NCBI RefSeq assembly: GCF_042660085.1
Contig: NZ_JBHSTI010000002.1
Location: forward strand, 360,001-392,000
DNA from: Longivirga aurantiaca
Lineage (GTDB): Bacteria; Actinomycetota; Actinomycetes; S36-B12; CAIYMF01
Length of the DNA: 32,000 nucleotides
Direction: 5' to 3'
Below are positions 18,051-27,044 of this stretch, in pieces. Numbering within the stretch: position 1 is the first letter of the stretch; each line of letters opens with the position of its first letter. The notes below the pieces were generated by a model. It was given only the letters and a program-made list of their open reading frames with translations. It made no database searches and had not been told where the DNA came from. Made by a program: the position numbers and the translations under genes.

Positions 18051-18894
18051 CCTTCACCGGATCGCGGCCGCGGCCGCGCAGGTCCTGCTCGAGCCGTGAG
18101 AGCGCGGTCTGCACCTCTGCGAGGCGGGTGAGCATCTCGGCGTCGTCCGCCTGCTCGCGCTTGTCCTCCTCCTCGCGCGCCTTCTCCATCGAGCTGATCA
18201 CGACGCCGATGAGGAGGTTGAAGACGATGAACGCCGCCAGCAGCACGTACGAGACGAAGAACGGGATGGCGAACATGCTGACAGGCTCGGCCTCGGCGAG
18301 GTACGTCGGGAAGTTCTCGAGCGTCAGCAGCACGAAGAGCGTGAGCATCGACCGGCCGATGGTCCCCCACGTCTCGGGGAGCGCCGCGCCGAACAGCGAC
18401 CAGCCGATCATGCCGTAGACGAACAGCAGCAGGACCGTGAGCACCACCATGCTCGCGACGGCGGGGATCGACTTGATGACCGTGAGCACGAGCATGCGGG
18501 CGTCGGGGAGGAAGCGCACCAGGCGCACGATCCGCGCGAGGCGCAGGAGCCGGAGCAGCTGGGCCTGCTCGCGCACGCCCGGGAGCAGGACAGCCCCGAT
18601 CACCACGAGGTCGAAGACGTTCCAGCCGTTGCGCAGGAAGTCCTGTGGCCGGCGGCCGTACGACGCGATGCGGAGGCCGAGCTCGACGACGAAGACCACG
18701 AAGAAGAGCTCGTTGAGCAGCACGAGCACGCCGCCGTACGAGTCCATGACCTCCGGGTAGGTCTCGAGCCCGAGGACGACGGCGTTCGCCACGATGACCG
18801 CAGCGATCGCGAGGTTGAAGCGGGACGAGTCGACGAGCCGGGCGATACGCCCGGCCCGTCGACTGTCACCTCCCGACGCGGAGGAGGAGGTCAC
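18019..18894 (-). CDS. Bacterial voltage-gated (NaChBac-like) ion channel
   Basis: S4-like LLRLLRLARIVRLVRFLPDARML; pore TLFVLLTLENFPTYLAEAEP; S6 FFVSYVLLAAFIVFNLLIGVVISSME; coiled-coil C-terminus. 3' end overlaps the convergent SRPBCC gene. Confidence 0.88.
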   Translation of the reverse strand: MTSSSASGGDSRRAGRIARLVDSSRFNLAIAAVIVANAVVLGLETYPEVMDSYGGVLVLLNELFFVVFVVELGLRIASYGRRPQDFLRNGWNVFDLVVIGAVLLPGVREQAQLLRLLRLARIVRLVRFLPDARMLVLTVIKSIPAVASMVVLTVLLLFVYGMIGWSLFGAALPETWGTIGRSMLTLFVLLTLENFPTYLAEAEPVSMFAIPFFVSYVLLAAFIVFNLLIGVVISSMEKAREEEDKREQADDAEMLTRLAEVQTALSRLEQDLRGRGRDPVKVSPRGDAADR

Positions 18895-19955
18895 CCGCGC
18901 CCCTGGGGGGTCGATTCCGCCGGATCGGCGGTGGGCGCGGTGCCGACTGCGTCGGGGTGGTCGGCGGACGGGCTCCCGGACCCGTCCGCCGACCTTTCCG
19001 CGAGATCGACAGGGGCGGCGTCGATCTCGGCGGCGGGGGGGTCCTGGCCGCGCGTGGCGCGCAGGCTGAGGACGATGGAGCCGGTGATGATCGACGTGAC
19101 CACCACGAGCGAGACCCAGGTCGGGATCTTCACGATGTCCACGACCAGGAACATCTTGATGCCGACCCAGATGAGGACGAACGACAGGCCGGCCTTCAGG
19201 TACACGAACCGGTGCATGAGGTCGGCGAGCAGGAAGTACATCGCCCGAAGGCCGAGGATCGCGAAGGCGTTCGAGGCGAAGACGAGGAACGGCTCGCTCG
19301 TCACGGCGAAGACCGCGGGGATCGAGTCGACCGCGAAGATGATGTCGGTGACCTCGATCATCACGAGCACGAGCAGCAGCGGAGTGGCGAGACGCTTGCC
19401 GTTCTTGCGGATCCACAGCTTCTGGCCGTGGTACTCGTCGGTCGACGGCACGCGCCGGCGCCACCACGCGACGATCTTGGACGTCGACGGGTCGATGTGC
19501 GCGTCGCGCGTGCGCCACATCTTCCAGCCCGTCCAGACCAGGAAGAGCGCGAAGATGTACAGCACCCAGGCGAACGACGCGATGAGGGCGGAGCCGGCGG
19601 CGATGAAGATCGCGCGGAACACGAGGGCGCCGACGACACCGAGGAAGAGCACGCGGTGCTGGTACTGCCTCGGGACGGCGAAGTAGCTGAAGATGATCGC
19701 CCAGACGAACACGTTGTCGACGGCGAGCGACTTCTCGATCACGTACCCGGCGAAGTACTGCTGGCCGAACTCCGCGCCGTACACGGCCCAGATGACGCCG
19801 CCGGCGACGACGCCGATCGCGACCCAGATCCCTGTCCAGGTGGCGGCCTCGCGCACGGGGATCTCGTGGGCGTCGCGGTGCAGGAAGAGGTCGACGGCGA
19901 GCATCGCGAGAATCGCGACGAGCACGGCGCCCCAGGCGAGAAGGGACACGTCCAC
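18891..19955 (-). CDS. TerC/Alx family integral membrane protein (metal exporter)
   Basis: DLFLHRDAHEIPVREAATWTGIWVAIG, YVIEKSLAVDNVFVWAIIFSYFAVP, TPLLLVLVMIEVTDIIFAVDSIPAVFAVT. GTG at 19955 is preferred because GGAGG lies just upstream; ATG at 19982 is the alternative. Confidence 0.93.
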   Translation of the reverse strand: MDVSLLAWGAVLVAILAMLAVDLFLHRDAHEIPVREAATWTGIWVAIGVVAGGVIWAVYGAEFGQQYFAGYVIEKSLAVDNVFVWAIIFSYFAVPRQYQHRVLFLGVVGALVFRAIFIAAGSALIASFAWVLYIFALFLVWTGWKMWRTRDAHIDPSTSKIVAWWRRRVPSTDEYHGQKLWIRKNGKRLATPLLLVLVMIEVTDIIFAVDSIPAVFAVTSEPFLVFASNAFAILGLRAMYFLLADLMHRFVYLKAGLSFVLIWVGIKMFLVVDIVKIPTWVSLVVVTSIITGSIVLSLRATRGQDPPAAEIDAAPVDLAERSADGSGSPSADHPDAVGTAPTADPAESTPQGRG

Positions 19956-19982
19956 AGGAGAAACCTCCAGGTCGTACGGCAT

Positions 19983-20100
19983 CCCGGAAGAAATGCCGTC
20001 GCAGGCCTGGTCTCCTTCACCCGGCGAGCCGGGCGGCGTCCCGGGCGGCACACGGGCCGCCGTACTGACGAGACGCTCTTGGTGAAGTACTCCCCACCGC
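19983..20100 (-). promoter_or_regulatory. Probable yybP-ykoY (manganese) riboswitch upstream of terC
   Basis: Minus strand reads GGTGGGGAGTACTTCACCAAGAGCGTCTCGTCAGTACGGCGGCCC...GGGTGAAGGAGACCAGGCC, ahead of a TerC gene. The GGGGAGTA and GGAGACC blocks fit the motif; boundaries are approximate. Confidence 0.7.
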
Positions 20101-20199
20101 GAACGCTAATACACGAACTGCATTTCCTGCAAATCGCACCAGGTGGGGGTCGAACCGCATCGCTGGGGACGCGTTCGGACCTCCAGCCCGAGACCCCCG

Positions 20200-20253
20200 C
20201 CGATTTGGTAGTGGAAAGTCGCGGCAGGGCGCGACTTTCCACTACCAAGTCGG
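20200..20253. repeat. 54-nt palindrome, left copy
   Basis: CCGATTTGGTAGTGGAAAGTCGC-ggcagggc-GCGACTTTCCACTACCAAGTCGG; 22 of 23 positions pair. Confidence 0.95.
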
Positions 20254-20339
20254 GGTGCGGCCGGATTCGCCTGTGGTTGCTGTGGATATCGCCTGTCGGT
20301 GGTCGGTGCATTGTCGGAGGTGGTCGGCATGATGGGGTC

Positions 20340-21815
20340 ATGTCGCAGGCCACCATCGTCGATCCGGCGGTGGAGCTCGCGCGCCTGGTCGCGGGTGCGC
20401 GGGGCCTGCTTGCGGAGGCGTCGGCGCTGGCCGGTTCCGGTGCCGTGTCTGAGGTGCAGCTGGCGGGTCTGCCGGAGCTGACGGCGGAGCTGTTCGCGGC
20501 CCGGGACGCCGCCCACGCCCTGGGCGTGGTTGCGGTCGATCGCCTGGACGCGTCGGGGGTGCTGGCGTCGGCGGGGTTCGGGTCGACGACGGCGTTCCTG
20601 ACCCAGCGCACCGGCATGGCCCCCGGCAGGGCCAGCAGCGTCGTCTCCGGCGCCCGCACGCTGCGGTCGTACGCCGCGACGCGCGTCGCGCTGGTCGCGG
20701 GCCGGGTCACCCCGGACCTGGCCGCTGCCCTGGTGCGCGGGTCGGAGGCTGCGATCGCGGACAGGACCGCCGACGACCGGGTGCAGTGGCGGGCGTTCTG
20801 CGAGGACTACCTCCTCCCCATCGCCGAGCAGGGCTCGGTCGAGGAGGTCGTGGGCGCTGCCGCGGTCCTCAAGGAGATCCTGGATCCGGAGGCCGCGGCC
20901 CGCCGGGCCGAGGAGGCGATGGCTCAGCAGTTCTTGACGGTGACCCGGGTGGGGGACCAGTTCGTGATCAAGGGTGCGTTGACCCTGGAGGACGGCGCGG
21001 CGCTCAAGGTGCTGCTGGACCGGATGCGCGACGCGAAGTTCCGGTCGGGCTCGCTCACCCCTGAGGAGCAGCCCACCGGGGATGCCGCGGTCGACGAGCG
21101 CCGGCGCCGGATCGCCGCGGCGCACCAGGACGCCCTGTCGTTGAACCACCTCGTGCAGCTGTGGCTGACCAGCGGCATGGTCGGCCGCGCCCACGGGGTC
21201 CGACCGCACGTCACCATCACCACGTCGGTCGACGACCTCGACGCGGGGTTCCCGGGCGAGATGACCGTCCCCGGGATGTCGTCCCCGGTGCTGGTCAACG
21301 CCGAGACGGTGAAGCGGATGCTGTGCGACGCGTCGGTGACCGAGCTCGGCGTCATCGGGTCCGTCGCGGACCGGCACGCGCACCACCACGACGGCGTCCC
21401 CTGCCACGGCGCTGCCCACCGGGGGCGACACGGGCACGTGCACGGCGTCGGCGGCTGCGAGCTCAACGCGGACTCGGCGCGGTTGCTGCGCCGCCGCCAC
21501 CACGTCTGGGACGAGGGACGCCGGTACCGCACCGTGCCGCCCCGCCTGCGTCGGGCGCTGGACCTGCGGGACCGGCACTGCGCCTTCCCCGGCTGCCGGA
21601 TCGCGGTCGGGTGGTGCGAGGCCCACCACATCACCGAGTGGGAGCACGGCGGCGCGACCGACCTCGACAACCTCACGCTGCTATGCGCGAAGCACCACCA
21701 CGCGGTGCACGAGGGCGGCTGGACCATCGTGAAGAACCCCGGCATCGATCCGGGCTGCCCGACCTGGCTCACCGTCGAACCGCCCGACCCCAGCCCCGTC
21801 CGAACCCGGCCCTGA
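20340..21815 (+). CDS. DUF222 (13E12 repeat family) HNH endonuclease
   Basis: MSQATIVDPAVELARLVAGARG... DUF222 core; HNH motif RDRHCAFPGCRIAVGWCEAHHITEWEHGGATDLDNLTLLCAKHHHAVHEGGW. Confidence 0.93.
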   Translation: MSQATIVDPAVELARLVAGARGLLAEASALAGSGAVSEVQLAGLPELTAELFAARDAAHALGVVAVDRLDASGVLASAGFGSTTAFLTQRTGMAPGRASSVVSGARTLRSYAATRVALVAGRVTPDLAAALVRGSEAAIADRTADDRVQWRAFCEDYLLPIAEQGSVEEVVGAAAVLKEILDPEAAARRAEEAMAQQFLTVTRVGDQFVIKGALTLEDGAALKVLLDRMRDAKFRSGSLTPEEQPTGDAAVDERRRRIAAAHQDALSLNHLVQLWLTSGMVGRAHGVRPHVTITTSVDDLDAGFPGEMTVPGMSSPVLVNAETVKRMLCDASVTELGVIGSVADRHAHHHDGVPCHGAAHRGRHGHVHGVGGCELNADSARLLRRRHHVWDEGRRYRTVPPRLRRALDLRDRHCAFPGCRIAVGWCEAHHITEWEHGGATDLDNLTLLCAKHHHAVHEGGWTIVKNPGIDPGCPTWLTVEPPDPSPVRTRP

Positions 21816-21950
21816 AGAAGGGCCGGCGCGCGAGGGATCCACCAGCACCACCCCGAGACCGCACCACCCGACAGGGAGCGGTCCCTTCGGCATGTCCAGG
21901 CACGGGTGGCACCGCGAGAAGCAACAGGCAGTCGGCGTCACCGCGGATGG

Positions 21951-22004
21951 CCGATTCGGTAGTGGAATCTCGCGCTCTGCCCCGACTTTCCACTACCAAA
22001 TCGC
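21951..22004. repeat. 54-nt palindrome-like repeat, right copy
   Basis: CCGATTCGGTAGTGGAATCTCGC-gctctgcc-CCGACTTTCCACTACCAAATCGC; each arm matches 20 of 23 positions of the left copy, with the same spacing. Confidence 0.9.
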
Positions 22005-22060
22005 GCCCCGACGTGCCGTTCGCGTTCGCTTGGTTCGTGGCCAACCGGCATCATCGCCGC

Positions 22061-22269
22061 GTGCCGACGATCAGGCAACTACTGATGAACGACCTCTGCG
22101 TCGATCTCGGCTTCTGCTTGCCTCCGGAGGCGACCCGGCGCCTGCCTGGCTAGTCCAACCCAGACCCGCCGCGTTCGCCGACGCCATCTTCGAGGCCGAG
22201 GGCTCACCGGGCCCGAGCGTGACCTGCATCGGTACCGAGAGGTTCGCAGGCGGGCGGCTGAGGTCCTGA
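22061..22269 (+). pseudogene. Possible frameshifted small ORF
   Basis: Frame 2 MPTIRQLLMNDLCVDLGFCLPPEATRRLPG* stops at 22153. A protein-like stretch continues in frame 1 (RPAAFADAIFEAEGSPGP...FAGGRLRS*). Confidence 0.35.
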
Positions 22270-22388
22270 GCATGGACACGCCCTGGGCGATTGGCGCCGC
22301 TGTCGCTCGTTTCGCGCTGTGCGTGTCTCTTGGGCGCGTGGCGCGGAGGGGGGATGGTCCGCGAGGTCCCCAGGCCGCCCATCACGCG

Positions 22389-23537
22389 TCAGGCGAGTCG
22401 GGCCAGCAGGAGCTTGGCGACGATCTCGGTCATGATCTCGGTCGTGCCGCCGCCGATGCCGAGGATCCGGCTGTCGCGGTAGTGGCGCTCGACCTCGCAC
22501 TCGCGCATGTAGCCCATGCCGCCGTGCAGCTGCACGGCCGCGTCGACCACGCGGTCGCAGGCGGCGACTGCGGTGTTCTTGGCCATCGCGACGCGCATGA
22601 GGACGTCGTCGCCGGCGAGCCAGTCGTCGGTGACGGCACGGGTGTACGTGCGGGCGACGTCGACGTCGCGGGCCATCTCGGCCAGCCGGTGCGCCACCAC
22701 CTGTCGGCTGGCGAGGGGACGGCCGAAGGTTTCCCGCTGGCGCGTCCACGCGATGCTGAGGTCGAGGCAGCGCTGCGCGGTGGCGTACGCCTGGACGGCG
22801 ATCGACAGCCGCTCGGCCGCGAACTGGCCGACGATCTGCAGGAAGCCGGTGCCTTCCGCGCCGACGAGGTTGGCGCGCGGCACGCGCACCTCGTCGAAGG
22901 TGATCCCGGCGGTGTCCGAGCAGAGCCACCCCATCTTCGCGAGGGGTGCCGACACGGTGACGCCGGGTGCGGAGCTGTCGATCACGAGCAGGGAGATCCC
23001 GCCGGCGCCGTCACCGCCCGTGCGGACCGCGGTCGTGATGAAGTCCGCGCGGGTGCCGGACGTGATGTAGAGCTTCGCGCCGCTCACGACGTAGTCGTCG
23101 CCGTCGACGACTGCCCGCGTGCGGATGCCGGCCACGTCGGAGCCGCCGTCCGGCTCCGTGATCGCCAGCGACACGATGCGCTCGCCGGCGAGCACCGGGC
23201 GCGCCACGCGGTCGACCAACGCCGGGTCGCCCGCGGTCACGAGGTGCGGGAGCCCGATGCCGTGGGTGAACAGCGCGGCCACGAGGCCGGACGACGCGCC
23301 CGACAGGATCAGCTCCTCGGCCACGACGAACGCGTCGATCGGCGTGCCGCCGCTGCCACCGACCGACTCCGGGAACCCGATGCCGAGCAGCCCCGCCTCG
23401 GCGGTCTTCCGGTGCAGCTCGCGCGGCACCGATCCGGCCGCCTCCCACTCCGCGAGGTGCGGCAGCACCTCGCGCTCGCTGAAGCGCCGTACCGTCTCGC
23501 GCAGGAGCCGTCGTTCCTCGGTGTCCCAGCTGTCCAT
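22389..23537 (-). CDS. Acyl-CoA dehydrogenase
   Basis: VSLAITEPDGGSDVAGIRTRAV, YITSGTRADFITTAVR, RQRETFGRPLASRQVV, AVQLHGGMGYMRECEVERHYRDSRILGIGGGTTEIM. Confidence 0.95.
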   Translation of the reverse strand: MDSWDTEERRLLRETVRRFSEREVLPHLAEWEAAGSVPRELHRKTAEAGLLGIGFPESVGGSGGTPIDAFVVAEELILSGASSGLVAALFTHGIGLPHLVTAGDPALVDRVARPVLAGERIVSLAITEPDGGSDVAGIRTRAVVDGDDYVVSGAKLYITSGTRADFITTAVRTGGDGAGGISLLVIDSSAPGVTVSAPLAKMGWLCSDTAGITFDEVRVPRANLVGAEGTGFLQIVGQFAAERLSIAVQAYATAQRCLDLSIAWTRQRETFGRPLASRQVVAHRLAEMARDVDVARTYTRAVTDDWLAGDDVLMRVAMAKNTAVAACDRVVDAAVQLHGGMGYMRECEVERHYRDSRILGIGGGTTEIMTEIVAKLLLARLA

Positions 23538-23612
23538 GGGCGGTGCCTCTCCCTCATCTGCCGAGCGGGAGGCTCACGCTAGCTGCCGTTGGGGCAGTTG
23601 ACTTCTCGGGTC

Positions 23613-24215
23613 TCAGTCGTCGAGGCCGCGGGCCACGAGCGCATCGCCCAGGGCGGTCGCCATCCGCAGCGAGCGGACGACGAGCGCGACCGTGTACGCC
23701 TGCGGCGCGAACACCACCCCGCGCGCCCGCTGGGCGTCGCGGACGTCGTACGCCGCCCCCACGACCACGGGCACCGACCGCATCCCCAGCGCGAGCATGA
23801 GGCCGACGCGGTCGGGGTCGACGCCGAGACGCCGCAACGGCCCGCACGCGGTGACCACCGCGTCGGCCATGGCGGTCGTCCGCGTCGTCAGCGTCACGAG
23901 GGCGGCGGCCAGGACGAGCACGAGCACGGTGCCGACGACGACGGCGGCACGGGACCAGCCCGCCGCCCACACCTGGAACCCGCCGATGAACAGCAGCACC
24001 CACAGCATCGGCCGCACCTGGCGCCAGACCAGCGCCAGCGGGAAGCCAGCGACCCCGTACCCGACGAGCACCACGACGCCGACGGCCGCGATCTGCCACG
24101 GCGTGTGCAGCCAGATGGTGAGGACGGAGAGCGCGAGCAGCACCAGCAGCTTCACCCCTGCGCGGGTCCGGTGCAGCACGGAGTCGCCGGGGACGTAGAG
24201 CGAGAGGTCCCTCAT
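23613..24215 (-). CDS. bioN: ECF transporter transmembrane (T) component, biotin-type
   Basis: YVPGDSVLHRTRAGVKLLVLLALSVLTIW; LMLALGMRSVPVVVGAAYDVRDAQRARG (T-component motif); context with bioM and bioY. Confidence 0.9.
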   Translation of the reverse strand: MRDLSLYVPGDSVLHRTRAGVKLLVLLALSVLTIWLHTPWQIAAVGVVVLVGYGVAGFPLALVWRQVRPMLWVLLFIGGFQVWAAGWSRAAVVVGTVLVLVLAAALVTLTTRTTAMADAVVTACGPLRRLGVDPDRVGLMLALGMRSVPVVVGAAYDVRDAQRARGVVFAPQAYTVALVVRSLRMATALGDALVARGLDD

Positions 24216-24904
24216 GCCAGGAGCCGGCGGTAGAAGTCGACCGCGGCAGCAGGGGAGCCGTCGCACACGATCCGGCCCTCGTCGAAGACCAGGACCCGGT
24301 CGTACTCCGCCAGCAGCTCGAGGTGGTGGGTCACGAGCACCACCTGCTGCGGCAGCGACTCGAGCAGGGCTCCGATGCGGTGGGCGTTGCGGAGGTCGAG
24401 CAGCGTCGTCGGCTCGTCGAGCACGAGCACCGACGGCTCGGTGACGAGCACCGAGCAGAGGGCGAGCAGCTGCTTCTCGCCGCCCGAGAGCGAGTGGGCG
24501 GGGGAGTCTGCGAGCTCGGCGAGCCCGAAGTCGCCCAGAGCCTTCGTGACCAGCGCGGCCACCTCGGCGGCTGAGTGCCCGCGCCGCTTCAGCCCGAAGG
24601 CGACGTCCTCCTGCACGGTCGGCATCACGATCTGCGCGTCCGGATCGGTGAACACGAAGCCCACCCGCCGGCGGACCTGCTTGCCGTCCTTGTTCGCATC
24701 CAGCCCGTCGACGGTCACGCTGCCGCGGTCGGGCAGCACGAGGCCGTTGAGCAGACGCGCGAACGTCGACTTGCCCGAGCCGTTCGCGCCGATGACGCCG
24801 ATGCGCTGCTCGGCCAGGCGCACGCTGACGTCGTCGAGCACGGTCCGTCGGGCCGGGCCGGTCCCGAAGGCGTGCGTCACGCCGGTCAGCTCGATCACCG
24901 GCAT
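24212..24904 (-). CDS. bioM: ECF transporter ATP-binding component, biotin-type
   Basis: IGANGSGKSTFARLLNGL, SLSGGEKQLLALCSVLVTEPSVLVLDEPTTLLDL. Confidence 0.92.
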   Translation of the reverse strand: MPVIELTGVTHAFGTGPARRTVLDDVSVRLAEQRIGVIGANGSGKSTFARLLNGLVLPDRGSVTVDGLDANKDGKQVRRRVGFVFTDPDAQIVMPTVQEDVAFGLKRRGHSAAEVAALVTKALGDFGLAELADSPAHSLSGGEKQLLALCSVLVTEPSVLVLDEPTTLLDLRNAHRIGALLESLPQQVVLVTHHLELLAEYDRVLVFDEGRIVCDGSPAAAVDFYRRLLA

Positions 24905-26031
24905 CGCTCGACCACCATCGCGACACCCTGACCGCCTCCGGCCGCGATCGCGGCGAGCCCGTACCGCCCGCCGTCGCGCAGCACCAGCTGGCTGAAGAGG
25001 CGGACGACGAGCACCGCGCCGGATGCGCCCCACGGGTGCCCGAGCGCGAGCGCACCGCCCTCGGCGCAGACGCGCACCGGGTCGAGCCCGAGCGCGTCGC
25101 AGCAGGCGAGCACCTGCCCGGCGAACGCCTCGTTGATCTCGATGACGTCGAGGTCGTCGAAGCCGATGCCCGCCGCGATCACGGCACGCTCGACCGCCGG
25201 TACGAGGCCGATGCCGGGGCGTCGGGGGTCGACGCCCGCGGTCGCAGCCGCCAGCACGCGCAGGCCCGGGATCCCCAGCGCCTCATGGGTTTCCGCGTCT
25301 ACCACCGCCACCGCGGCGGCACCGTCGCTGATGCCGCACGAGTTGCCCGCCGTCACGGTACCGCCCTCGCGGAACGCGGGCCGCAGCCGGGCAAGCCGTT
25401 CGATGGTGAGCCCCTGGCGGGGGCGGTCGTCGTGCAGGACGTCGCCGACGGCGACGAGCTCTGCGTCGTACGATCCCGAGGCGATCGCCGCGGCCGCCCG
25501 GGCGTGCGACCGCGCGGCGTACTCGTCCTGACGCCCGCGGGTGATGCCGTGCTCCGCGGCGAGGAGGTCGTTCGAGACTCCCATGTCGGGGTCGAGCTCG
25601 GCGGTCGGTGCGAAGGGCGCGCGCTCGTAGCGCACAGGCTCCTCGCCCTCGTGCGGCGGCCACATCCGCCAGGGTGCCGTCGACACCGACTCGACGCCGC
25701 CTGCGAGCACCGCGCCGCGGTCGGCGCGCAGGGACGACGCCGCGACGGCGATGGCCGCGAGCCCGCTCGCGCACTGGCGGTCGACCGTGAGCGCAGGCAC
25801 CGAGACCTCGAAGCCGGCGGCCAGCGTCGCCACGCGGGCGACGTCGCCGCCCGGGCCCATGCAGTTGCCGAGGACGACCTCGTGGGGCTCGAGCCCGTGC
25901 TCGTCCAGCATCGGGCGCAGCCCGCGGAGCACGGTCGCTCCGAGGTCGGCAGCGGTCACCTCGGCGAGGGAGCGGCCGGAGGTGCCGATCGGGGTCCGCA
26001 GCGCGCCGACGATCACCGGGTGGCCGGTCAC
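24895..26031 (-). CDS. Thiolase / acetyl-CoA acetyltransferase-like (YhfS-like by context)
   Basis: PVIVGALRTPIG, VDRQCASGLAAIAVAASSLRA, EINEAFAGQVLACCD, CAEGGALALGHPWGASGAVLVVRL. Confidence 0.92.
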   Translation of the reverse strand: MTGHPVIVGALRTPIGTSGRSLAEVTAADLGATVLRGLRPMLDEHGLEPHEVVLGNCMGPGGDVARVATLAAGFEVSVPALTVDRQCASGLAAIAVAASSLRADRGAVLAGGVESVSTAPWRMWPPHEGEEPVRYERAPFAPTAELDPDMGVSNDLLAAEHGITRGRQDEYAARSHARAAAAIASGSYDAELVAVGDVLHDDRPRQGLTIERLARLRPAFREGGTVTAGNSCGISDGAAAVAVVDAETHEALGIPGLRVLAAATAGVDPRRPGIGLVPAVERAVIAAGIGFDDLDVIEINEAFAGQVLACCDALGLDPVRVCAEGGALALGHPWGASGAVLVVRLFSQLVLRDGGRYGLAAIAAGGGQGVAMVVERCR

Positions 26032-27044
26032 GGCGCGACCTCCACGCCATCGCCCGCAGCGATGCGCGCTGTCACTGCTGCCCGGTCGACCTTGCCGGCC
26101 GCGGTCAGCGGGAACGGCGTGAGCACGAACCAGCGGCGCGGCCGGTGCGACGCGGCGAGCTGTGCGCGCGACGTGGTGCGCAGCGGTTCGACGTCGTCCC
26201 TGTGCTCGAGCGCGGCGGCCACGACTGCTCCCAGCCGGGGATGCGGGATCCCGACGACGGCGAGCGCCCCGGTGGCACCTGCCCGCAGGCAGCCTTCCAC
26301 GTCGGCGACGTGCACGGTCGCACCGCCGGTGAGCACCACGTCGTCGCGCCCGTGCACCTGCAGCCGTCCGTCGGCGAGGCTGCCGCGGTCGCCCACCGTC
26401 GCGAACCGGTCCGCGCCCTGCAGGAAGGGTCCGTCGCCGTCGACGTACCCCGACGAGACGTACGCCGAGCGCACCCACACCACGCCGTCACGCACCTCGA
26501 GCTCGACGCCGGGGAAGGCGGTGAGGTCGTCCTCGTGCGTGCCCCACGCGACGAACGACAGCTCGGCCGCGCCGTAGTAGTGGCTCACCCGCAGGCCGGC
26601 GGCGGATGCCCTGTCGTGCAGCGCGATGCCGAGGCGGTCGCCCGCGACGACCGCGTGGACGCCGTCGAAGCGTTCCCCGGTGTCGAGCACGTCGTGCAGC
26701 GCCGACGGGGTCAGGAACCAGTGGGTGGCCGCGTGCGGCTCGTCCACGACGTCTGCGCCCAGGAACCGCGCGTGCACCGCTGCGAACAGGTTCATCGTGC
26801 CGGTCACAGGGGCCGGGATCCAGGCGCGCGAGGTGCGCGCGAGACCGGTGAGGGACTCGACGGGCGCGAACGAGTCGACCCACGACCAGGTGCTGCGGCG
26901 CACGATCCGGGGCGTGCCCGACGTGCCCGAGGTGCGCAGGAGCACGTCGTCGCCGGCCTCGTGCGCCGTGACGAAGGCCGCGACCGGGTCGGCCTCGGCG
27001 AGGAGGTCCCGTGCGCGGTCAGGCCGTGACGTCGACGGGTTCAT
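26028..27044 (-). CDS. Short AMP-binding (adenylate-forming) acyl-CoA ligase family protein (YhfT/MenE-like)
   Basis: LLRTSGTSGTPRIVRRS P-loop, YYGAAELSF, GDRGSLADGRLQVHGRDDVVLTGGATVHVADVE, TAAGKVDR. Confidence 0.87.
   Translation of the reverse strand: MNPSTSRPDRARDLLAEADPVAAFVTAHEAGDDVLLRTSGTSGTPRIVRRSTWSWVDSFAPVESLTGLARTSRAWIPAPVTGTMNLFAAVHARFLGADVVDEPHAATHWFLTPSALHDVLDTGERFDGVHAVVAGDRLGIALHDRASAAGLRVSHYYGAAELSFVAWGTHEDDLTAFPGVELEVRDGVVWVRSAYVSSGYVDGDGPFLQGADRFATVGDRGSLADGRLQVHGRDDVVLTGGATVHVADVEGCLRAGATGALAVVGIPHPRLGAVVAAALEHRDDVEPLRTTSRAQLAASHRPRRWFVLTPFPLTAAGKVDRAAVTARIAAGDGVEVAP

Noticed and set aside
20125-20180. Sequence GGTGGGGGTCGAACCGCATC looks like a tRNA T-arm on the minus strand
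   Set aside because: The stem positions flanking the loop are not complementary and no cloverleaf could be assembled.
24895-26577. Long plus-strand ORFs (for example 25036..26577) opposite the thiolase and ligase genes
   Set aside because: Composition is typical of shadow frames; the minus-strand products have clear family motifs.
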